Shown piece by piece: positions 41,436 to 52,841 of a stretch of DNA of 64,000 bases. The notes under the pieces were generated by a model, which did not search any database, was not told the origin of the DNA, and saw only the letters and a program-made list of their open reading frames with translations. This stretch comes from an uncultured Nitrospiraceae bacterium. Lineage in GTDB: Bacteria; Nitrospirota; Thermodesulfovibrionia; Thermodesulfovibrionales; SM23-35. Position numbers and translations under genes: made by a program. The stretch spans positions 512,001 through 576,000 of the forward strand of contig CAVSHB010000001.1 of NCBI GenBank assembly GCA_963727775.1. Direction: 5' to 3'. The first letter of the stretch is position 1. Every line of letters starts with the position of its first letter.

Positions 41436-42747
41436 ATGATTCAACTGCTTGTATTGCTTATTATCGCATTGGTATGCTTTGTCATACCCATAAATCTTTT
41501 AATCATTTTTAGCGTAGTCGGCGTGATGCTGGCAGATACCAGGCTTGTCCCGGGAGATATCATTTATTATAGTCGTTTTGTACCGATCGGCATATTGGCT
41601 TCCAGAGTTTTATTGGCATTGTTTATGAAGAGGTCAGCGGAAAAAATTGATTTCAGCATGGTAAAGACATGGATACCTTTCCTGTTATTCGCGTCTGTCT
41701 CGGTAGTATATTCATTAGAACCGTCGATGAGCATCCAGCGCGTTTTCTCTGCATGGTTAGTTATGATCGGGTTTGGGATCGGAATACCATTATTCTTCCG
41801 GACTACAGAGGATTTGCATCGCATTGTTGTATTATTTTCTTTTTTCATGGGTGGCGCTATACTTTATTCCTATCACTCGATGCCTTCAGGACAATACGCG
41901 ATGCTTGGCGCACAGGAGTACGAGAGGTTTGCCGGTATTTTCAGGAATCCCAACACGATGGGGCTCCTGGCGATGCAGGCAATTTTCCCTTTGATGTATT
42001 TGTGGAAAAAAGAAAAGAAAAGGGCTATTCGGAATATTTTGTTTCTAATATCGATATTGGTCGGAGCTGCTATTATGATTTCGGGCTCGAGGGCAGCGGC
42101 ACTGGGATTTTTGACAGGTTTAATGGTTTTTTTATGGGGCAACAGCAAAATACAACATAAAACAATGTCTACATTTTTTATGGCGAATGTTTATTTTTGG
42201 CAAGCATATATGTGATAGTGGGATATTTTTTCCCGGAATATGCAGGCAGTCTTTTTCGGTCCGGCACAGCCGGTCGTACTGGGATAGTTGAGCATGAATG
42301 GGAGCTTGCGCAAGAAGTCTCCATTTTTGGGGGTTGGTTTTGGCGGGAGTGACGGATTATATATGAGGGACGCATGGAGAATGAGGATGCAGGGTATATA
42401 TGTTGCCGGGTTCTCATAACTCTTATATGCGATTGCTTGTAGAGTTGGGATTTGCAGGACTTTTGATGGCTTTGTTCTCTTTTGCAAAAGTAATCGGGCG
42501 TTCTATAAAATACCTTCGCCGGTTTGAAGACCCGGAAATGGGTATCTTTTTACTTGCTGTTGTTGTCGCAAGCCTTGTGAATTCGATATTCGAATCATGG
42601 CTTTTCGGTTTTGGAAACTCTTCCACTATACCTTTCTGGCTGTTTTTGTCGATGCTGTATTATCAGATAGATAAGGCAATAATGATAACACCTGATTTAA
42701 GCCTTTCAAGATCATCAATGCCGAATAACATCGGCAAGCCGTTTTAA
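41436..42747 (+). CDS. O-antigen ligase/polymerase-family membrane protein, split by frameshifts
   Basis: Multiple TM segments; RFAGIFRNPNTMG, SGSRAA, GVGFGG (middle frame) and SHNSYMRLLVELGFAG. Confidence 0.8.
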
Positions 42748-42819
42748 AAAGAGTCTCTAAATTATAGTTTATAAACAGACTCTCTATAGACACTAAATAT
42801 AAGATAAATTCCTCTGCGT

Positions 42820-43953
42820 ATGTTCAAAGTTGCATTGATAACTAATATACTGGCGCATTACCGTCTACCCTGTTTTATTCGGCTTTTTGAAAAGCAGGAG
42901 AAAAAAATTAATTTCTTTTTTCTTACAAAGGAAATGCCTCACAGGGATTATGTTTTCTCCAGTGAACAGCCGACTTTTCCCGCCTTTTGGCTTAAAGGAT
43001 GGCGATGGCGCATGCCTCCGTATGATGACAGGCATCTGAACGATATCAGACCATTCCTGAAAGGGAGGTATGACATAGTGATTATGGGCGGATGGGATGA
43101 GCCTACATATTTGTTGACCTGGTTAATATATAACATCACCGGGAAAAAGATTTTATTTTGGATAGAATCCACTGCCTATGAGAGCCTGCGCTCGGGAATT
43201 AGGGAAATATATAAGAAGTTTTTGCTAAAGCATGCAGCGGGCTGCATTGTGCCGGGGACGCGGTCTTATGAATATTGCCTGCAATTGGGGATGGCAAAAG
43301 AACGTATATTCATTGCTCCAAATGCGACAGACCGTGAATATTTCAGCCTTATGGCGAGACGGCTTGTCCCGACCAGACAAAATATTAGGGCAGAGCTTGG
43401 CTTGAAAGGACCGGTAATTCTTTTTGTAGGAAGGCTTGTTGAGGAGCATAAGAACGTATCCGTCTTGATCAAGTCATTCGGCAATCTTTCTCACGCTACA
43501 GCTGACATCAGCCTGTTGATAGCCGGTGAAGGACCGGACAGATTAAGATATGAATCATTTGTGAGAGGACAAGGCATTACCGGGGTCCGTTTCCTCGGGA
43601 AATTAGCGCACGATCAACTTTGCCGTATTTATACGTCCGCTGATATTTTGGTTTTGCCGAGTAAATGGGAACCGTGGGGTTTTGTATTAAACGAAGGAAT
43701 GGAATTCGGTTTGCCATTGGTTGTTTCAAATGCAGTCGGCGCCGGTCCTGACTTGGTCCGCGAGGGCAAAAACGGATTTGTTTTTCCTGCGGGGAATGTA
43801 GATGCATTGTCAGAAATACTCTCTATCCTAATCCGTGATGAACCTCTCCGCGCGCGGATGGGAAAATCATCTATGAAGATAATAGAGGAATATTCTCCGG
43901 AAAACTGGGCCGAAGGAGTTATGAAGGCCATAAGCACGGTCACAAAGACATGA
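42820..43953 (+). CDS. GT4 glycosyltransferase
   Basis: EPWGFVLNEGMEFGLP motif. Confidence 0.9.
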   Translation: MFKVALITNILAHYRLPCFIRLFEKQEKKINFFFLTKEMPHRDYVFSSEQPTFPAFWLKGWRWRMPPYDDRHLNDIRPFLKGRYDIVIMGGWDEPTYLLTWLIYNITGKKILFWIESTAYESLRSGIREIYKKFLLKHAAGCIVPGTRSYEYCLQLGMAKERIFIAPNATDREYFSLMARRLVPTRQNIRAELGLKGPVILFVGRLVEEHKNVSVLIKSFGNLSHATADISLLIAGEGPDRLRYESFVRGQGITGVRFLGKLAHDQLCRIYTSADILVLPSKWEPWGFVLNEGMEFGLPLVVSNAVGAGPDLVREGKNGFVFPAGNVDALSEILSILIRDEPLRARMGKSSMKIIEEYSPENWAEGVMKAISTVTKT

Positions 43954-43982
43954 TGTAGGCTTATGATAGCCTTAATTTTTTA

Positions 43983-45197
43983 ATGAAAGTACTTTTCCTC
44001 AATCCCTGGGACCGCCTGATAGGGCCGAACCGTTACCTTATTGAGATGTTGCGCTGTTTGCCGGAATTGGCAAGGCGATCAACTGTAGTGTTTCACGAGA
44101 AAAACGCTGCCATGGATGATTATGTAAGCGCAGGGTGCCGGGTTTTAATATGCCCGGAGATCACACAGATACGCGCCCGGTTTTCTTTAGATAATATAGG
44201 GGAATTAATCCTGAGACATTCCTTAGGGTTATCGAAGTTAATAAAATTAGTGCGCTATGTCAAGCCTGATCTTGTTGTAAGCAATACGGAGCAGCTTTTA
44301 ATGGGAGATATTGTATCCGGGATTTTCGGTATAAGACATATCAAAATATTTCATGCGATGACTTTTGCCTATCGATTAGGACACAGGCCTAAGATCATGA
44401 AGGCATACCTGAAAGCCTTGACATTCGGAAGTTATAAAGTCGTAGCAGTCTCGGATACCTTACGGAAGGCCCTGATTTCCGGAGGCGTCAAAGAAGAAAA
44501 AGTTGTGACTGTGCCGAATCCGATTCCAGTTGATGCATTAAGAACATTCTCAGGAGAAATTCCTCCAAACATCCGGCGCATACTCGATGATCACAATCCG
44601 GTACTTCTGAGCGCTGGACAATTCTTTCCAAAGAAAGGGCAGGACCAATTAATAGAGGCTTTGCCCAGCATGCGAAAGATTTTCCCGGACCTCGTCTGCA
44701 TTTTTGCAGGCAAGACAGGTGAAAGCAGCGGAGCGGAAAACACGGAGAAATACTATCATTCGTTATTGACTCGTGTTGACGAATTGGGATTGAAAGACGC
44801 CATTCTATTCGCCGGTGAGGTTGATTATCTGCCATTATTAATGGGGCGGGCTGATGTCTACGTCCAGACCTCATGGACAGAGTCATTTAATCGGGCGGCT
44901 GCGGAGGCGCTTGTCTGCGGTGCGCCTGTCGTAGCATATAATGCAGGCGCAACAGGAGAAGTCACCGGACTGGGCGCAATATTAGTGAAACCTGGAGACA
45001 AAGAAGGTCTTGCCGGCGCTGTTGTGGAGCTTTTGCAGCACCCGCAGTTAAGGAAACAGATGGCCGTCAGCGGTGCTGAACATGTAGCGGCCCGTTTCGA
45101 TGCCGCGAAGGTCGCGGGGCGCTTTGAAAAGCTGTTGGAAACAGAGTCAAATGCAGAAGATATAAACCGGTGCTCTTGCAAAATCAATAGGAACTAA
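43983..45197 (+). CDS. GT4 glycosyltransferase
   Basis: PKKGQD and ESFNRAAAEALVCGAP motifs. Confidence 0.88.
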   Translation: MKVLFLNPWDRLIGPNRYLIEMLRCLPELARRSTVVFHEKNAAMDDYVSAGCRVLICPEITQIRARFSLDNIGELILRHSLGLSKLIKLVRYVKPDLVVSNTEQLLMGDIVSGIFGIRHIKIFHAMTFAYRLGHRPKIMKAYLKALTFGSYKVVAVSDTLRKALISGGVKEEKVVTVPNPIPVDALRTFSGEIPPNIRRILDDHNPVLLSAGQFFPKKGQDQLIEALPSMRKIFPDLVCIFAGKTGESSGAENTEKYYHSLLTRVDELGLKDAILFAGEVDYLPLLMGRADVYVQTSWTESFNRAAAEALVCGAPVVAYNAGATGEVTGLGAILVKPGDKEGLAGAVVELLQHPQLRKQMAVSGAEHVAARFDAAKVAGRFEKLLETESNAEDINRCSCKINRN

Positions 45198-46222
45198 TGA
45201 TGAAACTACTTTACTTCGACACCTGGCGTCAAACACCGGACCCTCTGCCTTTTCCGGGGTGCATTACAGTACGGGTGATGAGCGCCTGTACTCCCGGCGA
45301 ACAGTCTTTTATGCGTTTGAAAGTATCGAAGACGGTACTCATCAATGATATTCTCAAACGCAGTAAAAGAGCTGTAAAACGCGCTTTTCAATATTCAAAG
45401 GCTATCGGCGCCTTAAGAACCATGGCCAAGGTCCGCTCGAATATCCTGGAATACCAAAGCCGGATGCTGGATACCATGGCCGCTGTATCCGGCATCGTTA
45501 CAGAGTCGCAAGATCCTTCAATCCCAATTGGTGCAAGGATTGCCGGGTTCCGAAAAGGCCACCCTTTATATGCAGATATCCTGCTGCTCCATCCTGAACA
45601 GATAGCTGACGTCCCGGACGGAATATCCTTTGAAGATGCGGCAACGGTAGTATATTATGCCTTTGCTTTTAATGCGCTCTGCCGTATTCAGAATGACTTC
45701 CCAACTGATGTGCCGATTATTATCTGTGGTGATTCACTTTCATGCCGCATCCTCAGGCAGTTATTACTGGACTCTCACAGGCAGATTGATTACATCGCCA
45801 AATATAAAGACAAACCGGCTCACATAGAGAATAAGACTCAAGAAGGTGCTGTGGCTGTGATAGGAAGCAAAGACTGGCTCAAATATTTAAGAGGAAAGAC
45901 AACCGGGAATCATGCATATTCTATGGGCTTGCACGCAGACAATTTGCGGACTGAAGAATGGCAGGAGTTGCAGCGTAACTGGATTGGTCTGCCACCTTCG
46001 TCATTGAAGAATCTCGATATCTTCAGCCGTATCCCACTTGAGCTGCCTGAGTATGTGAGCAGTAGGGGGCTTCATGATGCATTGGTCGATATGGGGAAGC
46101 GCGCCTGGTCCCCGAGTTCTTTCTTGATCCCCTGTGATCTTCAGATGCTAAAGAGAACACAACGTTGTTTTTGGAAAATGCTTATACCATCAAAGGCGGC
46201 AGAGCAGCACAAAATCCGTTAA
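45197..46222 (+). CDS. Degenerate MDR/ADH-like N-half of a bi-domain oxidoreductase
   Basis: SACTPGEQ, VSGIVTE...IGARIAG and VPDGISFEDAA parallel the N-terminus of 55429..57627; overlaps the next ORF. Confidence 0.6.
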   Translation: MMKLLYFDTWRQTPDPLPFPGCITVRVMSACTPGEQSFMRLKVSKTVLINDILKRSKRAVKRAFQYSKAIGALRTMAKVRSNILEYQSRMLDTMAAVSGIVTESQDPSIPIGARIAGFRKGHPLYADILLLHPEQIADVPDGISFEDAATVVYYAFAFNALCRIQNDFPTDVPIIICGDSLSCRILRQLLLDSHRQIDYIAKYKDKPAHIENKTQEGAVAVIGSKDWLKYLRGKTTGNHAYSMGLHADNLRTEEWQELQRNWIGLPPSSLKNLDIFSRIPLELPEYVSSRGLHDALVDMGKRAWSPSSFLIPCDLQMLKRTQRCFWKMLIPSKAAEQHKIR

Positions 46223-48135
46223 GTGTCGTCAGAAGAAAAGAGCCTGAAGCCGGTAATGAACAGTCCCTCCGGGTGGGCTTTGTGGGGCTTGGATTATGGG
46301 CAAGAGGCAATCTGATACCTTTTCTGCTGAAAGACAAACGTGTGAGAATTGCAATGGGCGCGGACAGGGACCCTATCAGGCTGCATCAGGCTGCGGATAT
46401 GTTTGACATCCCGCTGATTTGCAGTGATCCTGAAGAATTGTGCAACAGCAAAGAAGTCGACGCCGTATTTATTTCCACATGGCATGATGCGCATGCCGAG
46501 ATAGCATCCATGGCGCTGAGGGCGAAAAAGAAGGTCTTTGTGGAAAAACCGCCTGTTGTGGATTATAATCAACTTCGAAATCTCGTTTCCTCTCTCAAAG
46601 ATAATCCGGGGTCTTTTCTCGCGGTGGGCTACAATAGAATCCACTCCGCTCTCACGAAGGTTATGCGCCCCGAAATCTCCAAAGATAAAGGTCCGATTAC
46701 TTTCACGGCGATTGTTCGTGAACCCACGATTCCGCGCACACACTATTATTACTGGCCACATCAGGGTTCCCGCATAATCGGGAACAGTTGCCATTGGATC
46801 GATTATGCTTTTTATTTACTGCTGCCCAGAATACCGAAAGATATACAGGTGGTTTCAGCATTTTCAGAAAATGCCCAGGACAACAACGTAATAATCATGC
46901 GGTATGACGACGGGTCTTTGGTGAGTCTGACATTTACCGACCGAGGTGAGTCATTGATAAACGGTGATGAATATATAGACATAAAATTACAGGGTGCCCA
47001 GTACATGGTCCATGACTTTAAAACCTGTCACAGGTACAAAGAGGGAAATCTCGATAAAATCTGGCAAAGCAAGGCCGATCGCGGATGGGAACAGGAAATG
47101 CACGACGTTGTGGAGGGTATGTTTTCAGGAAAACCGCCGAGGGATTATTCCGAGATTATTACATCCGCTGTTCTTATACTTGAGGCGAAACACTCTTTTG
47201 AAAAAAGGGGAGAGAAAAGAGATCTTAGCTCCCGAAATTCTGAGGGAGTTTATTTAAACCGCATGAGTGACTTTATCTTGTCCCTTTCATTTCTCAAGCG
47301 TCTGTTTATGGACCAAAAGCATATCAGAGACTCTAAATGGAAAACTCTCTATAAAAACACACAGACTAATAAAGATATCCCGCTTTTTCGCGATAGAGAG
47401 ATTGAACTCACTGAATATTTCAGACTCTCAAAGAGAGAGCTTTGGAAAATATATCTCTCAAAAGGTTTTCCAAACACTAAGAAATATAAAAATTATGTCG
47501 CTTCTTTTTTTGAAGGCCGTACAAGGTATGGGGAATTAAAAACTGCTTATGAGGGAGCGGCATTATTTTATTCAATACGATTAATGCTTGCTTACGAACG
47601 CTATTCGATGGTGACGGCATATCTTGAAAAATTATTTGAACTTTTTGGGAAAGCAACTCATTCCCTGAATGGGATAATGATTTTGGAATATGGATGCGGG
47701 GTTTCTGATATTGGATTGCTTCTGTCTTTGCTTGGAGCAGATGTTACCATATGTGATCTTTCAGATAGGAAATTATCCTTTGCTGAATGGAGATATCGGG
47801 TAAGGAATAAAAAAGTAAAAGTTATAGCTATTGATGATGCCGAATATATACCTGATCTTGGCCGTAACAGATATAATCTTATAGTCACGACAGAAGTGTT
47901 CGAACACGTCAGAAATCCTCTGAAGCTTTTAGAGGAGATTACAAAAAGTCTCTGTCCAGGGGGATTGTTTTTTGATAGTATGGGGGGCGAATTTGAAAGA
48001 GAAGTTCAAGGGGACCACTTAGCGGAGGCTATTGAGATTGGGAACTCGGAGAGCTATCGTTATTTTTATCAAAGAAACTATCTCCCCATAAAAGTGGCCG
48101 GTGAATCAACTTTTCTTTTCCAGTATAAGGGATAA
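46165..48135 (+). CDS. Gfo/Idh/MocA oxidoreductase in frame with a SAM methyltransferase domain
   Basis: VGFVGLG, VFVEKP, VGYNR and CHWID, then from about 47308 LEYGCG and TEVFEHV. Confidence 0.75.
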   Translation: MFLENAYTIKGGRAAQNPLSVVRRKEPEAGNEQSLRVGFVGLGLWARGNLIPFLLKDKRVRIAMGADRDPIRLHQAADMFDIPLICSDPEELCNSKEVDAVFISTWHDAHAEIASMALRAKKKVFVEKPPVVDYNQLRNLVSSLKDNPGSFLAVGYNRIHSALTKVMRPEISKDKGPITFTAIVREPTIPRTHYYYWPHQGSRIIGNSCHWIDYAFYLLLPRIPKDIQVVSAFSENAQDNNVIIMRYDDGSLVSLTFTDRGESLINGDEYIDIKLQGAQYMVHDFKTCHRYKEGNLDKIWQSKADRGWEQEMHDVVEGMFSGKPPRDYSEIITSAVLILEAKHSFEKRGEKRDLSSRNSEGVYLNRMSDFILSLSFLKRLFMDQKHIRDSKWKTLYKNTQTNKDIPLFRDREIELTEYFRLSKRELWKIYLSKGFPNTKKYKNYVASFFEGRTRYGELKTAYEGAALFYSIRLMLAYERYSMVTAYLEKLFELFGKATHSLNGIMILEYGCGVSDIGLLLSLLGADVTICDLSDRKLSFAEWRYRVRNKKVKVIAIDDAEYIPDLGRNRYNLIVTTEVFEHVRNPLKLLEEITKSLCPGGLFFDSMGGEFEREVQGDHLAEAIEIGNSESYRYFYQRNYLPIKVAGESTFLFQYKG

Positions 48136-48138
48136 ATA

Positions 48139-49297
48139 ATGAAAGTTTGCATGCTTGCAGAAAAATTTCCTCCTGAATTTACCGGTTCAGGCCAGCAGGC
48201 GATGTACCTTTCGAAGGCTTTAAAAGATAGGGATATACAGGTGGTTGGTCTATGCTCATATCCTTCCAAAAAGACGGTTATCGATTATTCTGAGTTGTTT
48301 CCGATTGTTCGACTGAAGTCATCGCCGCACGAAAGGGTGCGTCCTTTTGAATTTGTCTTAAGATCCGTAGTCTGGCTATTTATGAATAGAAAAAAGTTCG
48401 ATATATTGCACGTGCATGGCTATTGCTTAGCGGCTATCCCTGCCATGCTGATAGCTAAATTATTCGGGAAAAAATCTGTTTACAAAATAACGCTTCCCGG
48501 TGAAGACGACCCCCGTGCTCTTTATCAGTCAAGATTCGGTCGAATAAAAAATATTTTTATAGATAAATTCGATGCATTTGTAGTTATCTCAACCAGAGTT
48601 TTGAAAGTCGTCAAAGATTTTGGGAAAATGCCGTCTAAGGTTGTGATGATTTCGAATGGTGTCGACAATAAATTTTGTGTCGATCAGCGTGCCTCTGCAG
48701 AAGCAAAACGGGTCTTTGTCAGAAAAATATAGACTTAATCCTGACTGTAGGATAATCTCATATGTGGGTTCTATAGAATACAGGAAAGGGACTGATGTTT
48801 TGGCTAAAGCCTGGCCTTTAATTATCGAGAAGGTACCTGAAGCACGTCTCTTTCTGGCGGGACCATGTTTCAAGAACACGGAATTTTACCGGCAGCTTGA
48901 GGGACTTCTTGACATGCATATTGGTAAAACAGTTTTTTTTGAGGGGAATGTCAGCAATCCTGAACTCTACTATCGCTCCTGTGATGTTTTTGTATTTCCG
49001 TCAAGAAATGAAGCTTTTGCAAACGTTCCTGTAGAGGCGATGGCTTGTGGAGCGGCATGTGTTTTAACAAGAATTGAAGGTTATACAGAAGATGTACTGA
49101 TAGATGGATATAATGGTCTGATCGTCGAGCAGGAGCATTATGGGGCTTTGGCGGATGCGGTCCTTTCCCTCCTCGGAAATTCGGAATGGAGGGACCGCAT
49201 TGCCGGTAATGCAAACAGGACGATTGAGGAGAAATTCCGTATTGAACGCGTGGCAGACAGGTATATTGAGTTGTATGACGGTTTACTCAATTCTTGA
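48139..49297 (+). CDS. GT4 glycosyltransferase, frameshifted near 48715
   Basis: N-half FPPEFTGSGQQA; C-half RKGTD and EAFANVPVEAMACG. Confidence 0.85.
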
Positions 49298-50289
49298 ATG
49301 GGCAAGAAAACAGTGCTGTTTTGGCTGAAAGCGAGGGAGATATGGTACCGCCTGTTTTGGCGATTGTTGTGCCTGCATATAATGAGGAAGCAGTCCTTGA
49401 GGAGACAGCTGCTAAGATCGTCTCAGCGCTTGATGAGCTGAAGGCTAAATCCACGGTTCATTCCTCCAGTTTCGTTTATTTTGTCGATGATGGAAGCAGG
49501 GACAGGACATGGGAGATCATCGCAAAACTCCATAAGGAGAAAAGCGTTGTCAAAGGTCTGAAATTATCACGGAATACAGGTCATCAAAATGCTCTCCTCG
49601 CCGGCTTGCTTCAGGTTAAAGACCGGATTGACTGTGTCATCAGCATGGATGCAGATCTGCAGGATGATGTATCAATAATAGAGACCATGGTGGACCGCTT
49701 CTCTGAAGGGTACGAAGTAGTATACGGAGTAAGGAAAGAACGTGACAACGACTCATTTTTTAAGAAATTTACTGCCCTTTTCTTTTATAAGCTGATGCAG
49801 TGGATGGGCGTTGAGTTGGTTTACAATCATGCCGACTGTCGGCTCGCGAGCAGAAGAGTTATAGACTCTTTGTCAGATTTCAGAGAGGTAAATCTCTTTC
49901 TCAGAGGGATTTTCCCTTTGATCGGTTTCAAATCGACGGAGGTTAACTACAACCGAAAAAAACGACTTGCAGGGCAGTCCAAATACCCCTTGGGAAAGAT
50001 GATCTCCTTTGCCCTGACCGGCATCACCTCCTTTAGCGTTGCCCCGCTGCGGATGGTGACGGTCATCGGCTTCATCATTTCCTTTTTGACTCTGCTAATG
50101 AGCATATGGGTGTTGTTCGGATATCTCCGTGGCAATGTTGTTCCCGGATGGGCATCGACAGTACTTCCCTTCTATCTTCTCGGAGGTTTTCAGATCCTCA
50201 GCATCGGATTAATCGGCGAATATATAGCGAAGATTTACAAAGAAGTGAAGGCGAGACCGCGCTTTATTAAAGACACGGAACTCTTTTGA
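49294..50289 (+). CDS. GtrB/YkoT-like polyprenyl-phosphate glycosyltransferase (GT2)
   Basis: VPAYNEE, VDDGSRD, SRNTGHQNAL, MDADLQD, two TM helices and IGEYIAKIY...RPRF. Confidence 0.9.
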   Translation: MNGQENSAVLAESEGDMVPPVLAIVVPAYNEEAVLEETAAKIVSALDELKAKSTVHSSSFVYFVDDGSRDRTWEIIAKLHKEKSVVKGLKLSRNTGHQNALLAGLLQVKDRIDCVISMDADLQDDVSIIETMVDRFSEGYEVVYGVRKERDNDSFFKKFTALFFYKLMQWMGVELVYNHADCRLASRRVIDSLSDFREVNLFLRGIFPLIGFKSTEVNYNRKKRLAGQSKYPLGKMISFALTGITSFSVAPLRMVTVIGFIISFLTLLMSIWVLFGYLRGNVVPGWASTVLPFYLLGGFQILSIGLIGEYIAKIYKEVKARPRFIKDTELF

Positions 50290-50290
50290 A

Positions 50291-50968
50291 ATGAAGAAAG
50301 TCGACTTCGATGAATACGCTGAGAAGTATGACACCCTTCTTCAAAACCAGTTGCATTTCTTTGATGAGGTCGACTATTTTGCTGAATATAAGGTAAAAAC
50401 CATTCGCAGTGCTATAAAGAAAAGCCCTCAGAAGATTCTCGAATACGGCTGCGGAATAGGCAGAAACCTACGGTTCCTACGCGCTTTGTTTCCTGAGGCA
50501 GAGATATATGGATGTGACACGTCGGAAAAGAGCATCGAGAGGACGGCAAAAGAGAACCCTTCTGTACACGTTTTCCTGCTTGGTAATGACCGATCAAGGC
50601 ATCATGAGAAATTCGATCTGATTGTCGTAGCGAATGTGCTACATCATATTCCGCCGGAAGACAGGGAGAATACCATGTCCCTGCTTTCCGAATGGCTTGA
50701 GAGAGACGGAAATCTCTTTATTTTTGAGCATAACCCTTATAACCCCGTTACCCGTCATTTGGTAAATACCTGTCCCTTTGACGAGGATGCTGTCCTTTTG
50801 AACCTTGGCGAGGTAAAATCGTTGCTTCTGAAATATGGACTCAGGATTATTTCGCAAAGCTATATCCTTTTCTTCCCGTCTTTCTTGAAGAGGCTGCGTT
50901 TTCTTGAAAAATATCTGGTTCACTTGCCGTTGGGAGGCCAATTCTTTGTTCACGCATCCAAGCCATAA
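50291..50968 (+). CDS. Class I SAM-dependent methyltransferase
   Basis: LEYGCGIG, VLHHI and FEHNPYNP motifs. Confidence 0.88.
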   Translation: MKKVDFDEYAEKYDTLLQNQLHFFDEVDYFAEYKVKTIRSAIKKSPQKILEYGCGIGRNLRFLRALFPEAEIYGCDTSEKSIERTAKENPSVHVFLLGNDRSRHHEKFDLIVVANVLHHIPPEDRENTMSLLSEWLERDGNLFIFEHNPYNPVTRHLVNTCPFDEDAVLLNLGEVKSLLLKYGLRIISQSYILFFPSFLKRLRFLEKYLVHLPLGGQFFVHASKP

Positions 50969-50987
50969 TCAGCATGGAGGCAGATCC

Positions 50988-52832
50988 ATGTTCTCCAGAG
51001 CATTCTTGAATAAGGTGTACATTGCGGTTCTCTCTCTCAGCATCCTTGCGATTTACGCCTATCCTTATGCCGCAACGTGGTCAAGCCTCGGTAAATCCAG
51101 CGTGCCCCCATCATTCTTCGCAGATCTTTATCTGTATATGAATTTATCAAACCTTCAAGAAACAGGTGATGCGGGTGATAAGAAAGTTATCAATCCTTGG
51201 TATAAGACTGAAGTCCCATCTGGGCAACTGGTTCATCTCAAATTTGGTGCAACCTATCGAATGTTCTCTGTTTTTAGAAAATTACTCGGCGGACACTGGG
51301 GGGTTACTTTGTTAGTCTGGAACCTTCTCTGGATGTTCCTGATCATAACTTCTGCATGTTTTTTTTTCAGAGCAGTCTGCGGACCGCAAAGCACGATCTT
51401 ATTATGTTTGGGCCTCTCTCTATTGCTGCTTTTCAATTTCCCTTATCTTAAACAAACCATCCTTGCGATCTCCTCAATTTGGGCAGGCAATTCCTCATTT
51501 TCACTGGAATTGCCTTATATTCGATCATTTTTTCCACAGGCAGTCATCCCTTTTATTCTGCTTTATCTCGGTGTTCAGCTCTATGCATTGAGAACTGATA
51601 AAGTCCGGTATTGGCTTGGCATGCTGATTATACAGTTTATCGCATTCTTCATCTTCCCTTTTGCCGTACCCCTGATGCTTGGGGCAACCTGCCTTGCATG
51701 CATAGGTCTTTACGGACGGAGGGGATTATTTCGCAGACTTATGAAATGCGCCGGATATTTATTTTGGACCGGCGTTATTTACTTTGTTTTTTTTCAGGGG
51801 AGCATGCCGAGTCATGGAATTGCGGGCGGAGAGGGCATGGGAAACCCCATCGCCTTTGATGTATCACGTTTTGAAAAGATTTTTCACGGTATCGGCGTCT
51901 ACTGGACATTTATGGTTTTGCTTGCGGTGATGGTTGCTCTTATGAGGGAGGAGGAAAGCCCTGAAGTGAAATGGACTGTCGTGGGCGCAGGGTTCGCTAA
52001 CAGTATTTTTCTCTTTAGTGATGTGGCTTTTTCACCTGTTTGGCTCATATCGGCTCATATGGAATACTTCATGCATTTCTCTACAACCCTCCTTGCGGTA
52101 TATGCTATCTCAAAGGCTTTCAAACGATCCTCCGCACTTTATGGAGTGTCTAAGTTGGCCGTCATTGTGATAATACTGATTACAGTTGCGCAGGGTATTT
52201 ATGCGGCGGACCAAACATATCGAAGACATTTGGCTTCTAATGAAGCCCAAGCTACCCTAGAAAGTTTTTTTGAGCGTGAGTCGCTGAATAGTCATGATCT
52301 TATCATCTGCGAGCCCTTTGCGCCGGCTGGATGGATCCCTCTGTTACACGAGAGCCAGGTTCTCTTCAGCCAGCAGGCATATCATATCTTGACAAGAGGA
52401 CAACGTGAGAATATCCAACGGTCTCGGGAGGCTTTATACTTGTATCTGACCGGGATGGACATAGAGTCATTGGAACAAAGACTATCGGACTATCACAGGA
52501 TTACAGAATTCCCGTATCTGTTAGCTTCAGAGAATAAGGCCTTTCTATGGTATGATTTGAAGGAGAGCAAAGAGATAGTGTCTAAAATTGTTACAGATCT
52601 TCGTCCCTTTTTCAAGAAGGTGAAGGAAAGAGATAAAGAAGTAGAAGGGTTCTTTCGCCAATTTAAGAGAATCTTTGTCGTTGAAAGTGTCGGCAAGCCG
52701 GTTTTTCAGAGAGAGAAGTTGGGTGTGTATATGAGTGTGGAGGAAAGTCGCAGTCTCCAGGGCTTTTCAATAAGGATTGCTAAACCGCTGAATCTGCAAT
52801 CCAATGTGCGTCACACGCCTTTAAGGGGATAA
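50988..52832 (+). CDS. Polytopic membrane protein (possible GT-C)
   Basis: Many hydrophobic segments and a soluble C-terminus; SD GGAGG before ATG 50988. Confidence 0.6.
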   Translation: MFSRAFLNKVYIAVLSLSILAIYAYPYAATWSSLGKSSVPPSFFADLYLYMNLSNLQETGDAGDKKVINPWYKTEVPSGQLVHLKFGATYRMFSVFRKLLGGHWGVTLLVWNLLWMFLIITSACFFFRAVCGPQSTILLCLGLSLLLLFNFPYLKQTILAISSIWAGNSSFSLELPYIRSFFPQAVIPFILLYLGVQLYALRTDKVRYWLGMLIIQFIAFFIFPFAVPLMLGATCLACIGLYGRRGLFRRLMKCAGYLFWTGVIYFVFFQGSMPSHGIAGGEGMGNPIAFDVSRFEKIFHGIGVYWTFMVLLAVMVALMREEESPEVKWTVVGAGFANSIFLFSDVAFSPVWLISAHMEYFMHFSTTLLAVYAISKAFKRSSALYGVSKLAVIVIILITVAQGIYAADQTYRRHLASNEAQATLESFFERESLNSHDLIICEPFAPAGWIPLLHESQVLFSQQAYHILTRGQRENIQRSREALYLYLTGMDIESLEQRLSDYHRITEFPYLLASENKAFLWYDLKESKEIVSKIVTDLRPFFKKVKERDKEVEGFFRQFKRIFVVESVGKPVFQREKLGVYMSVEESRSLQGFSIRIAKPLNLQSNVRHTPLRG

Positions 52833-52841
52833 TAGGCAGAG

